64,000 nt of DNA, from the NCBI GenBank assembly GCA_043228905.1, contig JBHGNT010000017.1:806001-870000 (forward strand), written 5' to 3'. Below are positions 1-12,536 of the stretch, one piece after another. Below the pieces are notes generated by a model. That model had not been told where the DNA came from, searched no databases, and saw nothing but the letters and a program-made list of their open reading frames with translations. Source of the DNA: Azolla caroliniana. Lineage: Eukaryota > Plantae > Polypodiophyta. Position numbers and translations under genes: made by a program. Position 1 is the stretch's first letter. Each line of letters begins with the position of its first letter.

Positions 1-33
1 AAAGCCGTTGCAACCATTCGGCAATACGTCGAC

Positions 34-3000
34 GTGAGCGTTCTACAACATGTGGCGAACGACACCAACGCATATGAGATGTGGCGGAAGCTGTCGGGCC
101 TCTATGAGAGGAAGAATGCGTTGAACCGGACCTCCCTGATGAGGAAGATAGTGAATCTCAAGTACCGGGACGGCGAGAGTATGGTGGAACACGTAAGCAC
201 GTTCATGGGATTCGTGAATCAGCTTGCGGCGATCAAGTTCCCGCTGGAGGATGCAATGCAAGCCATCATCCTGATGTGTACATTGCCGGAAAGCTGGGAG
301 AACTTGGTGGTGACTCTCAGCACCTCCTGCACCGAAGATAACTTGTCCCTACAAACGATAAAGACAAGTATTTTGAACGAAGAAGCGCGTCGGAGAGATA
401 AAGAACCGGCCTCCGACTCGAAGGCGCTGCTTACCGAATCGGATCGGGGAAGACAATGGAACCGGAGTCCGCAAAGACGGGAGAAGTCGGGGACCCGGTC
501 GCAGTCAAGAGGAAGGCCCACATGCTTCCACTGTGGGAAGCCGGGGCACTTCCGAAAGAATTGTCGGCATTACCAAAAAGACAACGGAGCCGACGACACC
601 GATTCGAAGAAGTCACCGGAGAGAAACGGTGCATACCGGGGAGCCACGGACCGGAGAGGTTCGGATCGGCGAGGGCAGGACCGGAAAGGAACAACGGCAC
701 TCGCGGCAAGTGAGGAAGAAATCATGCTCATCACCGAAGAAGGTGAACTAAACATTGCCGGCGATGAGACGACCTGGGTGGTCGATTCCGGAGCATCGTT
801 CCACCTGACCCCAGAGAGAAGATACTTCTCATCCTACACAGCCGGTGAGCATGGCTGTGTTCGGATGGGAAATGAAGGTACGTGCCGGATTGCCGGCATA
901 GGAGACGTGTGGTTGACAACCCCGACCGGATGCAAAATGCTGCTGAAGGATGTCCGACACGTTCCGGAGGTTCGATTGAACCTGATTTCGGCCGGGAGGC
1001 TAGACGATGAAGGCTACACAGGTAGCATCCGGAACGACGTAATGAAGTTCAGCAAGGGGAGCCTGATAGTGGCTCGGGCCCGGAAAGACAACACACTGTA
1101 CCTGATGAATGCCCGGTTATGTCCGGAAGAGCTGAATGTGGCAGCCGACACTGCCGGTGAGCTGTGGCACAAAAGACTGTGCCACATGAGTGAGAAGGGG
1201 ATGAAGAGGCTTGCGGAAGACAACCTTATTCCAGTGAAGCATGTGCACCTGGAGAAGTGCACCGATTGCCTGGCCGGTAAGCAGAACCGAACCTCCTTCC
1301 ACTCAAGGCCACCGACGAGACGTAGCGCACCATTGGAGTTGGTGCACACTGATGTGTGTCAGGTAGAAACGAAGTCACATGGCGGAGCCCAGTACTTCGT
1401 AACATTCATTGATGATCACAGCCGGAAGCTGTGGACGGCACCGATGAAGACAAAGGACCAAGTGTTGTCCGTCTTCAAAGAACTCCACGCGAGAGTGGAA
1501 AGGGAATCCGGCAAGAAGCTGAAAGCGATACGAGCGGATAACGGAGGGGAATACCGGGGGCAGTTCCAGGAGTACTGTCGCTCGAAGGGAATCCGACTCG
1601 AGTATACTGTGCCGAAGACGCCGGAACTAAACGGGCTGGCCGAGAGGATGAACCGGACCATAATGGAGAGGGTCCGGAGTATGCTGGCGCATGCGGAATT
1701 ACCCAAGGGGTTTTGGGCTGAGGCGATGTCGACGGCGACATACGTGATAAACAGATCACCCTCAGTACCTTTGGACGGAGACACGCCGCAGAGAGTGTGG
1801 ACCGGTAGGGAAGTATCCTACCGGCATCTGAAGGTGTTCGGGTGTCTCGCATACGTGCATGTGGCAAAGGACCGGAGAGGAAAGCTAGATCCAAAGACCC
1901 GGCCATGCATATTCCTCGGTTACGGCGACGATGAGTTCGGCTACCGAGTATGGGACCCGGTCGACTAGAAGATATTCAGGAGTCGAGACATCATCTTCAT
2001 GGAGGACAAGACACTCGCCGACTGGGAGTCGGAGAAGAAGATGAAGAGCTCCAAGTCGACCGGTGAGGATCAACTCTACGAGGAGCAGTCCCGACCGGCA
2101 AGGGACCGGTTAGCACTCGAGGATCCGGCCGAAGACGGTGAAGAAACAGAACCGGCCGAAGAATGGATTCGGATGAAGAAGAATCAGAAGAACCGGTTAC
2201 CGAAGCTCCCGAACGGAGATATCCTCTAAGAGAGAGGAGGGCCCCCCGGAGATTTCCGGATCCAGAGCACGTGCTGCTAACCGACGAGGGGGAGCCGGAG
2301 AGCTTTGAAGAAGCAAAGCATGACACCCAGAGCCGCAGGTGGTTGAGTGCCATGCAGGACGAGATGGATTCCCTGCATGAGAACCACACATATGAACTTG
2401 TGGAGTTGCCGAAAGGAAAGCGGGCACTTCGAAACAAGTGGGTGTTCAAGCTGAAACCGGGAGATGCCGGAAACCTCCCGAGATACAAAGCCAGGATCGT
2501 GGTGAAGGGGTTTCAGCAGAAGAAGGGCGTCGACTTCGACGAGATATTTGCCCCGGTAGTGAAGATGACCTCCATCCGGACGGTGCTGAGCATAGCGGCA
2601 AGCATGGACCTCGAGGTAGAACAGATGGACGTGAAGACGGCATTCCTTCACGGTGACCTCGAAGAAGAGATCTACATGCAACAACCGGAAGGATTCGAGA
2701 AGAAAGGGAAGGAGCACCTGGTATGCCGGTTGAAGAAGAGCCTTTACGGACTGAAGCAGGCTCCCCGGCAATGGTACCGGAAGTTCGACTCCTTCATGAC
2801 TGACGAAGGGTACCTCAAAACGCAGTCCGACCACTACGTGTTTGTGAAGAAGTTCGAAGGAGGAGACTTTCTAATACTCCTCCTGTACGTGGACGACATG
2901 TTGATCGTCGGACGGGACCAGGTCAAGATACGGATGCTGAAGAAGGCTCTTCACCGAACCTTCTCAATGAAGGACTTGGGTCCGGCGAGGCAAATACTAG

Positions 3001-3863
3001 GGATGCACATCATCCGGGACTGGAAGAAGAAGCAGTTGTGGCTGTCACAGGAGAAGTACGTGACGAAGGTGCTTCACCGGTTCAACATGTCGGAAGCAAG
3101 ACCGGTCGGATCGACCCTCCCGGCAAACTGCAAGCTGTCCAACAAGCAAAGTCCCAAGACAAAGGCTGAAAAGGAGGATATGATGAAAGTGCCGTATGCC
3201 TCAGCCGTCGGGAGCTTGATGTACGCGATGGTGTGTACCCGACCGGACATAGGATATGCAGTCAGAGTGGTGAGCCGGTACATGAGCAATCCCGGCAAAG
3301 ACCATTGGAACGCGGCCAAGTGGATACTTCGATACCTGAAAGGCACGGCAAACGTGTGCCTCCGATTCGGCTCCGGTAAGCCCGAACTCGACGGCTTCAC
3401 CGATTCGGATATGTCGGCTGATGCAGATACCAGCCGGTCCACATCAGGGTATGTGATGACGTATGCAGGGGGAGCCGTTTCGTGGCAATCGAGGCTGCAG
3501 AAGACGGTTGCGTTGTCAACCACGGAGGCGGAGTACATGGCGGCTGTTGAAGCCGGCAAGGAAGTAATATGGATGAAGGACTTCATTAGAGAGCTCGGTA
3601 TCCGGCAGGAGGAGTACCGACTCTACTGCGACAGTCAGAGTGCAATCCACCTTGCGAAGAACGCGGCCTATCACTCCCGGACGAAGCACATCCAGCGAAG
3701 ATATCACTGGATCCGGGAAAGGATAGAAGACAAGGAGTTCGTGCTGACAAAGATCCACACGGACGAGAACGGGTCGGATATGCTGACCAAGGTCCTCACA
3801 CCCGACAAGCTGGAAGCATGCCGGAAGAGGATCGGATTGGAAAGACATCCCATGCCGAAGTGA
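34..3863 (+). pseudogene. copia gag-pol polyprotein with one premature stop and one frameshift
   Basis: Zinc knuckle CFHCGKPGHFRKNC, protease WVVDSGASFH, WHKRLCH...CTDC, integrase FIDDHSR/DNGGEY/AERMNRT, RT QMDVKTAFLHG and LYVDDML, RNase H FTDSD...TEAEY. TAG at 1966-1968 is followed in frame by KIFRSRDIIF; frame changes near 2100-2165. Confidence 0.95.
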
Positions 3864-3873
3864 AGGGGGAGTT

Positions 3874-4483
3874 TGTTGGGATTACGATCCCTTCGGATGG
3901 GATGGTCGGATGTCGGAGATGAATGCCGACGAGCCCGGTTTCGGTTTCGGATCCGGATGATGAAGACCCCGGCTTCGGTGCCGGATGACGAATGTACCCG
4001 GAGAGCGATCCGGATGCAGGGACATATCCGTGAATATGTTTGCTATGGGCCCCTGAGGCTATAGTTGTAAATAGCCCCAAAGTCATATATGTATAAATAT
4101 GACTTAGGGCAAACAGTTTTGCTGCTGCTGATCATTTTTCTGTTTTTCCACTCAAGAGGAGTGAAGAGGGAGCAGCCGTGAGAGAGAGAGAGAGAGATAG
4201 AGCGTGAGAGAGGAAGAGGACGACGCCTCTGTGTATTTCCGCCGTCTGTGGCGAGGACAGCGAGCTCAAGGTCGTCGCCTTGCAGCTCGCCATTGTATAC
4301 TTCTCAGTATAGTGTTGGTTTGGAGTCTTGTACTCCCGTGGTTTTTCCCGTCTAGGGTTTTCCACGTTAATCCCTGTGTATTCGTGTGTTTCTCTCTGTG
4401 GTTCCTATTTTCTGCTGCATCGATTCGCGCCTACTCGGTTGTGGCCGAGTGGTGAAGGTTAATCGAAGGGTCGATTCCCGACA
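3874..4483 (+). repeat. 3' LTR of Copia-1 (610 bp)
   Basis: Starts TGTTGGGA just after PPT GAAGGGGGAG and ends TCCCGACA (inverted termini). Contains TATAAATA and a GA tract. Confidence 0.9.
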
Positions 4484-4807
4484 GGAGCCGACCTTCAAAT
4501 TCTTCCTAGGTCCGGCTCTCAGCCTGTACCTTGAGCACCTTCGCATGGATGCTCGACGTTGCCACCCGAGGGAATCCGGCCAGTCAGCCGTCCTCCGGAA
4601 TGTCCCTCATCACCATTTCAGCTCGGTAGGCCTCCAAGTAGTTCGTGGCCTCCTTTGCACCGAACCGGCCTATCGTGCTGACGATTGCTTCAATGGCCCT
4701 ATCGAGGGCGCCTGTGCCTTCGCGCGCACTCACTATCCGATCCACAGCTGAAGCCATGGCTTCTGCAAGCTCCGATCCACTCATCTTCCTAATCCTCTGC
4801 CACTTGC

Positions 4808-4825
4808 TTCACGTCGGGTTCACCA
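4808..4825 (-). promoter_or_regulatory. primer binding site complementary to tRNA-Trp
   Basis: Plus strand TTCACGTCGGGTTCACCA matches the 3' 18 nt of plant cytosolic tRNA-Trp as I recall it; 4 nt from the LTR end. Confidence 0.85.
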
Positions 4826-4934
4826 AATATGTCGCGTTGTCGTAGTGTAATTCGCACACTACGTGAAAAATTACATTTTTGGTCTCTCCGGATAGGACAT
4901 GGAGTACCCGATGAGAACCGGAAGAAGGAACCGG

Positions 4935-5705
4935 TGTCACGAAGTTTCGCGAGTACGTTTAGATTCTAGTCGGGACCACGGGGGTCTTGGACTAGGGAGA
5001 AGAGGAGAAAGGTTAAGACAACGAATGGAAGATTAGCTCAAGAGGAGAAGAGAACGAATATGACATTATGATAGAACGAATATGACATTATGATACTCAA
5101 CAAGAAGTTCTATTAAGAAATGAATGATTACAATAATCCTGGCCGCATAGGCCGCACCCCACGATATATGAAACCGTAAGCGAATTAGTAGGAAGAAGAA
5201 GAATAAGAAAACCCTAAGCGAACCCTAACCCTAAAACGAAATGGGAAGAAGGAGAACCCTAGACTAAGTGGTATACCTCACTTACACTCAAAATTAGGCA
5301 ACCCCTTCAAATGTGACCCCTCACTCCCCTTTATAGATGTAAGGGGTGAGGCCCAATACAAGATGAGTGGTCAAATTCCCCCTTCTCCTTTTCAAAGGAG
5401 AATATTTGATCTCGATCTTGAGACCATCAGCCATAACTCTCACTCACCTAGCCGTCCTATTCAATGCCCATCACTCCTACACTCTTGTTCCTTATGTACC
5501 TCTCCCTAGTCTACAAGGGCACATCACATTTACTCTCCACGAATTCCGTGGTGCCCCTTTGGCACCTTAGATTATTACCCTTCCCTTACATTTTGGCTAT
5601 CTTATTCTTATTACACAAATATACAAGTGCATGTGCACATGTTGCACACCACTGATTTGCCCTTTCTATCCCGGTTTCACACCGTGGCCGGAAATCTTCA
5701 CGACA
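4935..5705 (-). mobile_element. solo LTR (TGTCG lineage), TSD CCGG
   Basis: TGTCACGA...TCACGACA with CCGG on both sides. Ends resemble the LTRs at 15939 and 32759-33278. Confidence 0.85.
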
Positions 5706-5927
5706 CCGGTAAGGACCGAAACCGGTAAGGAGACCCGGCAAGAGCTGGATGAAGAAGGCCGGTGAGAGTCGGTGAGAAACGGACGAAGAGATCGGTAAGG
5801 AGGTCTCGGTAAGAACCAGACAAAGAAAACTAGCAAGCACCGGATGAAGCAGAACCGGAAAGAGCCGGATGAAGAAGGCCGGTGAGAGTCTCTCACCGAT
5901 GAAGAGACATATTTGTAAATAGAAGAA

Positions 5928-5933
<6 letters not shown>

Positions 5934-5980
<47 letters not shown>
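5934..5980. repeat. (TA)n microsatellite
   Basis: Directly visible. Confidence 0.95.
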
Positions 5981-5985
<5 letters not shown>

Positions 5986-6023
5986 GCATAGGGCAAGATT
6001 TGAACCTTGCATCTCCATGTTAA

Positions 6024-6524
6024 TGTTGGGAGACAGGTCCCTCCGGATGGGAAGGAAGAAGAACAGTGCCGACGAACAAACAGGAAACGGTATGAGGAGT
6101 ACCCGGCTACCGAGAGCTGGATGATACAGTCCCGGTGAAGACCGGATGAGGAGTACCCGGCTACGGAGAGCCGGATGATACAGTCCCGGTGAAGACCGGA
6201 TGAGGAGTACCCGGCTACGGAGAGCCGGATGATACAGTCCCGGTGAAGACCGGATGAGGAGTACTCGGCTACGGAGAGCCGGATGATACAGGCTCGGTAT
6301 GAACCGGATGAGGAGTACCCGGCTACGGAGAGCCGGATGGTGCAGAACCGGTGAGAACCGGAGGAAGAGACATATTCGTAAATATGTTTCTGAGAGCCCA
6401 TCGAGGCTATATTTGTAAATAGCCGAAAAGTCATATTAGTATAAATATGACTTAGGGCAAACTTTTAGTTGTTGTTGTTATTCTTCCTTGTTGGTGCAAG
6501 AAGAAGAGTGAGCACGTAATAGTG

Positions 6525-6561
<37 letters not shown>

Positions 6562-6829
6562 GTCGTTGCCTCTGTTGTAACCGCCGCGTGTGGCGAAGAT
6601 CTGTGAGCACGAGGTCGTTGCCTCAGTGAACTCACTGTTGTACATTCTCACATAGTGACAGTTTGCAGCCTGTGGGCTGCCGTGGTTTTTCCCTCTTTGG
6701 GTTTTCCACGTAAACCTCCTGTGTATCTTCCTCTCCTTTGTGTCGTGTTTTAATTTCCCGTTTTTTGTGTATCATTCTACGCTCGGTTGTGGCCGAGCGT
6801 CGCGCATAAGGAACATCGGGTTCCTGTCA
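6024..6829 (+). mobile_element. copia solo LTR related to the Copia-1 LTR, TSD GTTAA
   Basis: TGTTGGGA...CCTGTCA with GTTAA on both sides. Shares TATAAATATGACTTAGGGCAAAC and CTCGGTTGTGGCCGAG with 3874-4483. Confidence 0.9.
6090..6345. repeat. 54-bp tandem repeat, about 5 copies, in the LTR U3
   Basis: Unit GATGAGGAGTACCCGGCTACGGAGAGCCGGATGATACAGTCCCGGTGAAGACCG; seen as an 18-aa repeat in ORF 5586-6434. Confidence 0.92.
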
Positions 6830-7442
6830 GTTAATACTGTTAAGCCTTATCATTATACTAGCGTATTATGAATTTTAAAGTTATACTAAACTTTATCCCA
6901 TGTAAAATTTCTAGACATGCATGGTACAAAAAGTTATTCATGCATAGACACTCGAGTAAAAAGAAAAGATGAGATAGAAAGCTAATCATGCACATGCAGT
7001 GTGCATGAAAACTAAAAATAGGAAAAGCACGACGCTTGCATGTAATAAACTTAGACTCTTCCAACACTATATAAGGAAGAGAGAAAGATGTATATAGGTT
7101 GTTGATTATTTTACAAGGGTTGATTAATATAATATAATTGTGGGATCCACGAGTTTGCTAACTATTTTTCTCTCTTAATTTGAGTACTCACTAATACACT
7201 ATACTCGTGGGATTCATGAGTTTTTCATATCTTTCTTTCTTACAATATATTTCATATTCTTAATTGCTTTAGAATTTTCTTTCCTCCTAGTCCAAAACCC
7301 TAGCGGTTCCCACCCGACTCACGCAACGATCCAGAGCCGTAAGGCACGACAGCGTGCGTATAGAATGAGGCGGGAATGCGGGGGTCTTGGACCAAGGAAT
7401 AACCGATCAGGAGTAGGAGCAAGAGAGACAACGGCCGTGCTT

Positions 7443-7444
<2 letters not shown>

Positions 7445-7496
<52 letters not shown>
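7445..7496. repeat. (CA)n microsatellite in the Gypsy-A LTR
   Basis: Directly visible. Confidence 0.95.
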
Positions 7497-7499
<3 letters not shown>

Positions 7500-8036
7500 T
7501 ACACAGAAACCGCAATCTATTGAAACAAGATAAGTGTGCGTAAGTATATAAATATATAAAAAAAGGGGGTTACAACCAACGGGCTGGTGAGCAACAAATC
7601 TCTCACGACTACGCACACGCACACACTCAGAAGAATGAGATGGAGACCCTGCCGGAAGCACACGGGCGTTCCGCAGAGCAGAGTCAGCCTCTCGAAAACC
7701 TGCACAGAGAAAGACAAAGGAGAAGAGCTCGGTCCCTAGTCCGACAACACTTTGTCCTCGACCAAAGCGATCCCCATTACGATTCCTCTCCCTCTCTTTT
7801 ATAGCCCAAGGAGGGAGGCCATCACAACCCGTTACATCATCTTTACTCTCTGTCCTTTCGGACAGAGATACGCTTGGATTTTCTACCTAACAAATGCGTG
7901 CTACCTAGGATATTCACATCAGCCGACTTGTACCTAGATATATACATTACAACAAAACTTGTGCCTACGTATAAGGGCCAGTTCATGCACATTATTCTCC
8001 GATTCCACCTAGGGACGGTTTTTTCCACGACAACGT

Positions 8037-8356
8037 CGAGGAGGCCTTTGCTTGCGTGGCTGTCCTTCGGGAATGGGAATCGAAGTGTTTGCCGAGTTGA
8101 CATGCTTCGCATACTCGATCGACTCGTTTTGACTCGAATGTCAAAAGTCCGATGATGACTCCCTTGGTTTGCATCGCTTGAAGCCGTTGGAGGTTTATGT
8201 GGCCGATTGTCTTGTGCCACAACTCGATGCTTGTCTCGGTTTTGAGACCTTTGGCGTACATTGCCAATTTCACTTTGTTCGAATCGAGGATGAACATTCG
8301 GTCGTCTCTTTGCCCTTTAGCTATGAGTTGTCCATCTTTCTCAATGAAACAATCTA
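8037..8356 (-). pseudogene. copia pre-integrase/integrase fragment
   Basis: ELWHKTIGHINLQRL...VCEACQLGK, then in another frame FPFPKDSHASKGLLDV up to the Gypsy-A insertion. Confidence 0.8.
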
Positions 8357-8520
8357 GTGGAGTTATATCAAATATTGCACTCACAAGATTTGTTCATCAA
8401 GAATGCCCACTTAGTCCATTGTTTGTTTACTATAGTTTTTCATCCTTTGTTGGTGACGTTATCAAAGGTTGATTTTTTTTTCCCCAAAAAAGGAGCTACT
8501 TTACCATTAGTTAGGAGAGA
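8357..8520 (+). pseudogene. LINE reverse transcriptase fragment
   Basis: ALTRFVHQECPLSPLF resembles the L1-type RQGCPLSPLLF motif. Confidence 0.55.
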
Positions 8521-8583
8521 TTTTTACACAAAGGCTATACAAGGTGGCTTATATATATCAAAGCTTTAAATTAATAGTGATAT

Positions 8584-11500
8584 TATTGGTCTACACCTTC
8601 CATCTAGGTATCATAGACAACAATCAAACCTCCAACATCCCATGTCATAAGTGTCATAGCCATTGCATCTCCACACATCATATGGTTATAAAAGGATAAT
8701 TCGCCATTCTAGAAATGCAACATGCATTCTAAAAATATTTTGAAGGTTCTAAAAACTTCCACAATATGCATTCTAAAAATAATTTGAAGGTTCTAGAAAC
8801 TTCTGGAGCATGGATGCACAAGCAGTGCTAGGGAACATGTAAAAAATATGGTTGTTCATCTTAATCCCAATCAAAGTGAGCAATACCAATTACGGAATCA
8901 TAAGTACAATTCATTTACTCTTGATCAATATCTTCTCTTGTCTCTTATCTCACATTCCTTGTCTCCTATCTCCTCTACTCTAACTATCCGTGACACTAGG
9001 GAACAGTCGGTAGCACAATGTTTGATAGATGATTGTTTCATATTTCCACAATGCTCATTTGAGAATCTAGAGAAGGGGATGCTTGTATTGGACCAAATTT
9101 CCTACATCAGGATTGTATATTAAGGATGACAAGGATCCCTAGTTAGAGAAAGCTCTATTTTTTGGTACTTGGGGTAGAGTAAATAATAAAGTTTGTATTT
9201 TGGTGCCTCTGTATCTCTATTTCTCTGCTTTCCATTGATATCTGTCTACTTTGTTTCATCACGTACATAGTGTGTACTATTGTTCTAGACAATATCGTCA
9301 TATTGTTGAAGAACCTAGTAAGTCGTCCAACTCCAACATTTGGTAACAGAGCTAGAGGTTCGTCCCCTGTCGGTTGTCATTTGTTCCTGACGAGGATGTC
9401 AAGACTGCTTGATGGCAAACACACAATCTATGAGAGAAATAAGCACTTTCTTTGTCAAGTTCGTGCTCACTTCGGCTAGATCATATTTTAGATAAACCAG
9501 ACGGTTGTATCTTCTCCTTGATCATAGTCACTCAGAGCAGAACTTCAAACCAGTCGACTCTTGATTCGTGCTCAACTCGGTAAATTATATTTCGGGTAAA
9601 CCAAATGGTTGTACCTTTCCCTTGACTGTAGCCACTTCAAGTAGAACTTTAAAACCAATCAACTCTTGTTGAAATGACTTCCACATCTGGCTCATCAGAG
9701 ATGAGTCTTCGGAAGTTCGATGGCATGAAATTTAACTTCGGGAATGAGAAGATGCAAGATTCTTTGATCGTGAAGGGTCAGATCGACCCGATCGAGAACG
9801 AAAATGCTTCAGAAGAGTACAAGCCAAATGAGTGGACGAAGTTGGATTGTATACTAGCTCATGCCAACATTTAGATGCACTTGTGTGGATCAATTTATTA
9901 TACGGTGCAATCATGTTTGACAATATACCAGCTATGGAAGATGTTGTCAGACACATACGAATAGAAGGTGGCCGTCACAAAGATTTATTTGATTCAGCGC
10001 CTCTACAATCTTCAGATGGAGGAATCTAATTTGGTCCAGGCACACCTTAATGAATACGAAAGCATAAATTCCCAAAATTCGGCCCAGGGAGGACCATTGA
10101 TGATGAGTTGAAAGCTCTCCTACTGATGAGCAGTCTTCCTCGTTCATGGCAAACTTTCGTTATGACCCTATGTAATGCGTTAGCTACAACCATCAAGTAC
10201 TTCGAGATCACGAGCTCGATCTTGTCAGAAGACACTCAGAGGAAATCATTCGTACACTAGTGGGCAAGTGATGCCAATGTAGTACAGAGTTCGACTGACC
10301 AACCGAACAATTGGGGAAGAAGTTCTTCTGGAATGTAGGCTAGAACTATTGAGGCCCAAGTAACTCCAGATATACTTAAATCTGCAATTACTACAAGAAG
10401 CTTGGAGACATAAAAGCTGAATGTCGTGCTCTCAAGGTGAAGAATGAAAAACTTTTGAAAGCAGAGCACAAAGGCAACCGAACAAAGGAAGTCAAATTTT
10501 TCGGCGCAACTTCCATTGTCGGCCATTTGGTCGACCCGAATATATTGGCGATAGAAAATACAATCGAGTTGGAAATTCTGTACACAACTGAAGAATCAAC
10601 GTTTGTGCCTTTTTTCAGGTGCCTTTTTTCATATGACTCCTCATCGGTTACAATTTCTTCATTATTTGGCTCAGAATGCCGACTTGGTTCGAGTTGGCAA
10701 TTCACAACATTTGTGCCATAGTCAACGTCGACATAGTAGAATTAAACCTTTTCGGTGGTTTATTTTAGTACTAGACAACATCCGACATGTCCTAGAGTTG
10801 ACACGATTGCTTATTTCAGTGGGACAACTTGATGAAGTAGGCATTCATGTCGACTTCTTGTTAGAAGGATGGAGACTCCACAAGGAACCTCTTGCTTGCT
10901 CGAGGGTTGAAGGTACACTCATTATACCCATTATATGTCACACTGAGAGAGGGTCACCTATTCTTGGTGGATATTCCCATGTCATCCCTATGGCATGGTC
11001 GATGCAGTCACCTAAGTAAAGCCGACATCATGCAGTTATCCAGATCTGACTACATCCCTAAACTCTCCTTCTCCAATCATCAATTCTACGAACATTGTTG
11101 CTATGGCAAGCAAGCCATGACATCACATCCAATGAAAGAGCCGAGCGAGTCGAATCCACTCAACTTAGTCCAGTCAGTCCCTTGGCGGCGTTCTTATTTC
11201 AATGACATTACATTCATCAACGACATGACTAGGAAGGTGTCTCCGACAAAAGATCGTGTGTTACAATCTTCACAAAATGGTTGGCGATGTTGGAAAATCA
11301 GACTAGTTGAAAGCTAAAATGCCGACGGTCTGATGATGGTAGGGAGTATAAATCGGATGAATTTGTTTGATTTTTTGCCAACAACGCAAAATTAGACGAG
11401 AATATACATCTCCATATAGTTCAAAGCAAAATGGAATTATAGAGCGCATGAATAGAACAATTCAGGAGCGAATTGTCGCCATGTTGCATCATGCCGGACT

Positions 11501-12536
11501 TTCGGATGTGGTGCTACTCACTACAATGCACATTATCAATATGTCACCGAGTAGGTCTCTTGAACTTCAAATTCCGCAAGAGCTCTAGACCGGCAAGAGA
11601 CTAGATTATGATAAGCTACAGATTTTAGGATGCGAAGCATTCACACTTGTGCTGAAAGATGAACGAAGAAAACTTGAGCCTAGGTCAAGAAAATGCATTT
11701 TTCTTGGATATGGACTTGACGACAATTTCGGCTATTGACTCTGGGACCCGGAGACTCGATAAATCGTCTGAAGTTCGGACGTCGTCTTCAATGAGTCAGA
11801 GATGCACAAGGTGGCCGAAAGGCTGATTGAGTTAAGTAGAGGTACCTTTTCGGACATGCTGACTCTTCTAGATGGATCATAAGATAACACGAGGTCGGCT
11901 TCACTGGTAACCGAAACCTTAGTTCCCGATTTGGCCCAACGAAATAGACTTGATTCGGTCTAGTCGAATCATTCAACCAAATCGATTTTGACCTATCCGA
12001 ATATCTAAAATATGGAGGTACCAAGTACAACCGTATCCAAACCGGCTAGCCTAGTTTTACCACGCTGATCTGAAAAACTATTGTAGCCTCCTAAGAGGTA
12101 CTTTCCTAACCTCTTCTTTATTGATTTAGGCAAGCCAACAACATATAAAGAAGTTTCGACAACTGCTAATTCGGCTAATTGGCGACTTGCAATGGAATTA
12201 GAAATGAATTCCATCCAAGAGAATCAAACGTGGGACCTCGTAGAATTGTCAAAGAATCGATGTGTACTTCTATGTAGATGGGTCTTTCGACTCAAGGAGA
12301 CATCTGATTCAACAAGTCCCAAGTATACGACAAGATTAGTTGCAAAGGGCTTCTAGCAAGAATACGAAGTTGATTTTGATGAGATCGCCACCGAGAATCT
12401 AGAGCTTATTCAGCTATATATGAACATGGCCTTCCTTCATGGTGACCTTGATGAAGAAATTTACATGGAGCAGTCAAAAGGCTTCATGTCATTAGATCAG
12501 AAACATCTAATCTCCCGACTCAAGAAGAGTCTATAC
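8584..12536 (+). mobile_element. old degenerate Ty1/copia element (5' LTR about 8584-9338, PBS, fragmented gag-pol)
   Basis: LTR end CTCCAACA followed by TGGTAACAGAGC (Met-i PBS, 1 mismatch) at 9341-9352. Fragments KFDGMKFNF, LWHGRCSHLS, QNGIIERMNRTI, AFLHGDLDEEIYMEQ with many stops. LTR start is approximate. Confidence 0.85.

Larger units (their letters stand above)
1..4483 (+). mobile_element. Ty1/copia LTR retrotransposon (Copia-1); 5' end outside the window; inserted in the gag of Gypsy-A
   Basis: Domain order Gag-PR-IN-RT-RH, PPT at 3862-3871 and a 3' LTR. The right flank GGAGCCGACCTTC resumes the minus-strand gag of Gypsy-A. Confidence 0.95.
4838..7351 (+). mobile_element. solo LTR D (TGTCG lineage), itself carrying two nested solo LTRs
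   Basis: TGTCGTAG...GCACGACA flanked by GCGT (4834-4837 and 7352-7355). Shares the TA tract, tRNA-like segment and U5 motif with 24898-25864. Confidence 0.8.
4484..8032 (-). mobile_element. Gypsy-A: 5' LTR (4830-8032, interrupted), Trp PBS and start of gag
   Basis: ORF 4584-4784 (MSGSELAEAMASAVDRIV) is homologous to the gag at 25893. LTR termini at 8032 and 4830. Outer flank ACGT lies in a copia integrase remnant. Confidence 0.88.

Noticed and set aside
1966-1968. Programmed stop read-through in Copia-1
   Set aside because: The TAG lies within the integrase C-terminal region and a frameshift follows; ordinary decay explains it.
6090-6345. CRISPR-like regular repeats (also 41848-42040 and 60620-61070)
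   Set aside because: These are head-to-tail tandem units without unique spacers, there are no cas genes, and the context is eukaryotic.
5586-6434. 282-aa minus-strand ORF with 18-aa repeats
   Set aside because: It is a by-product of the 54-bp repeat and TA tract, and it crosses an insertion boundary.
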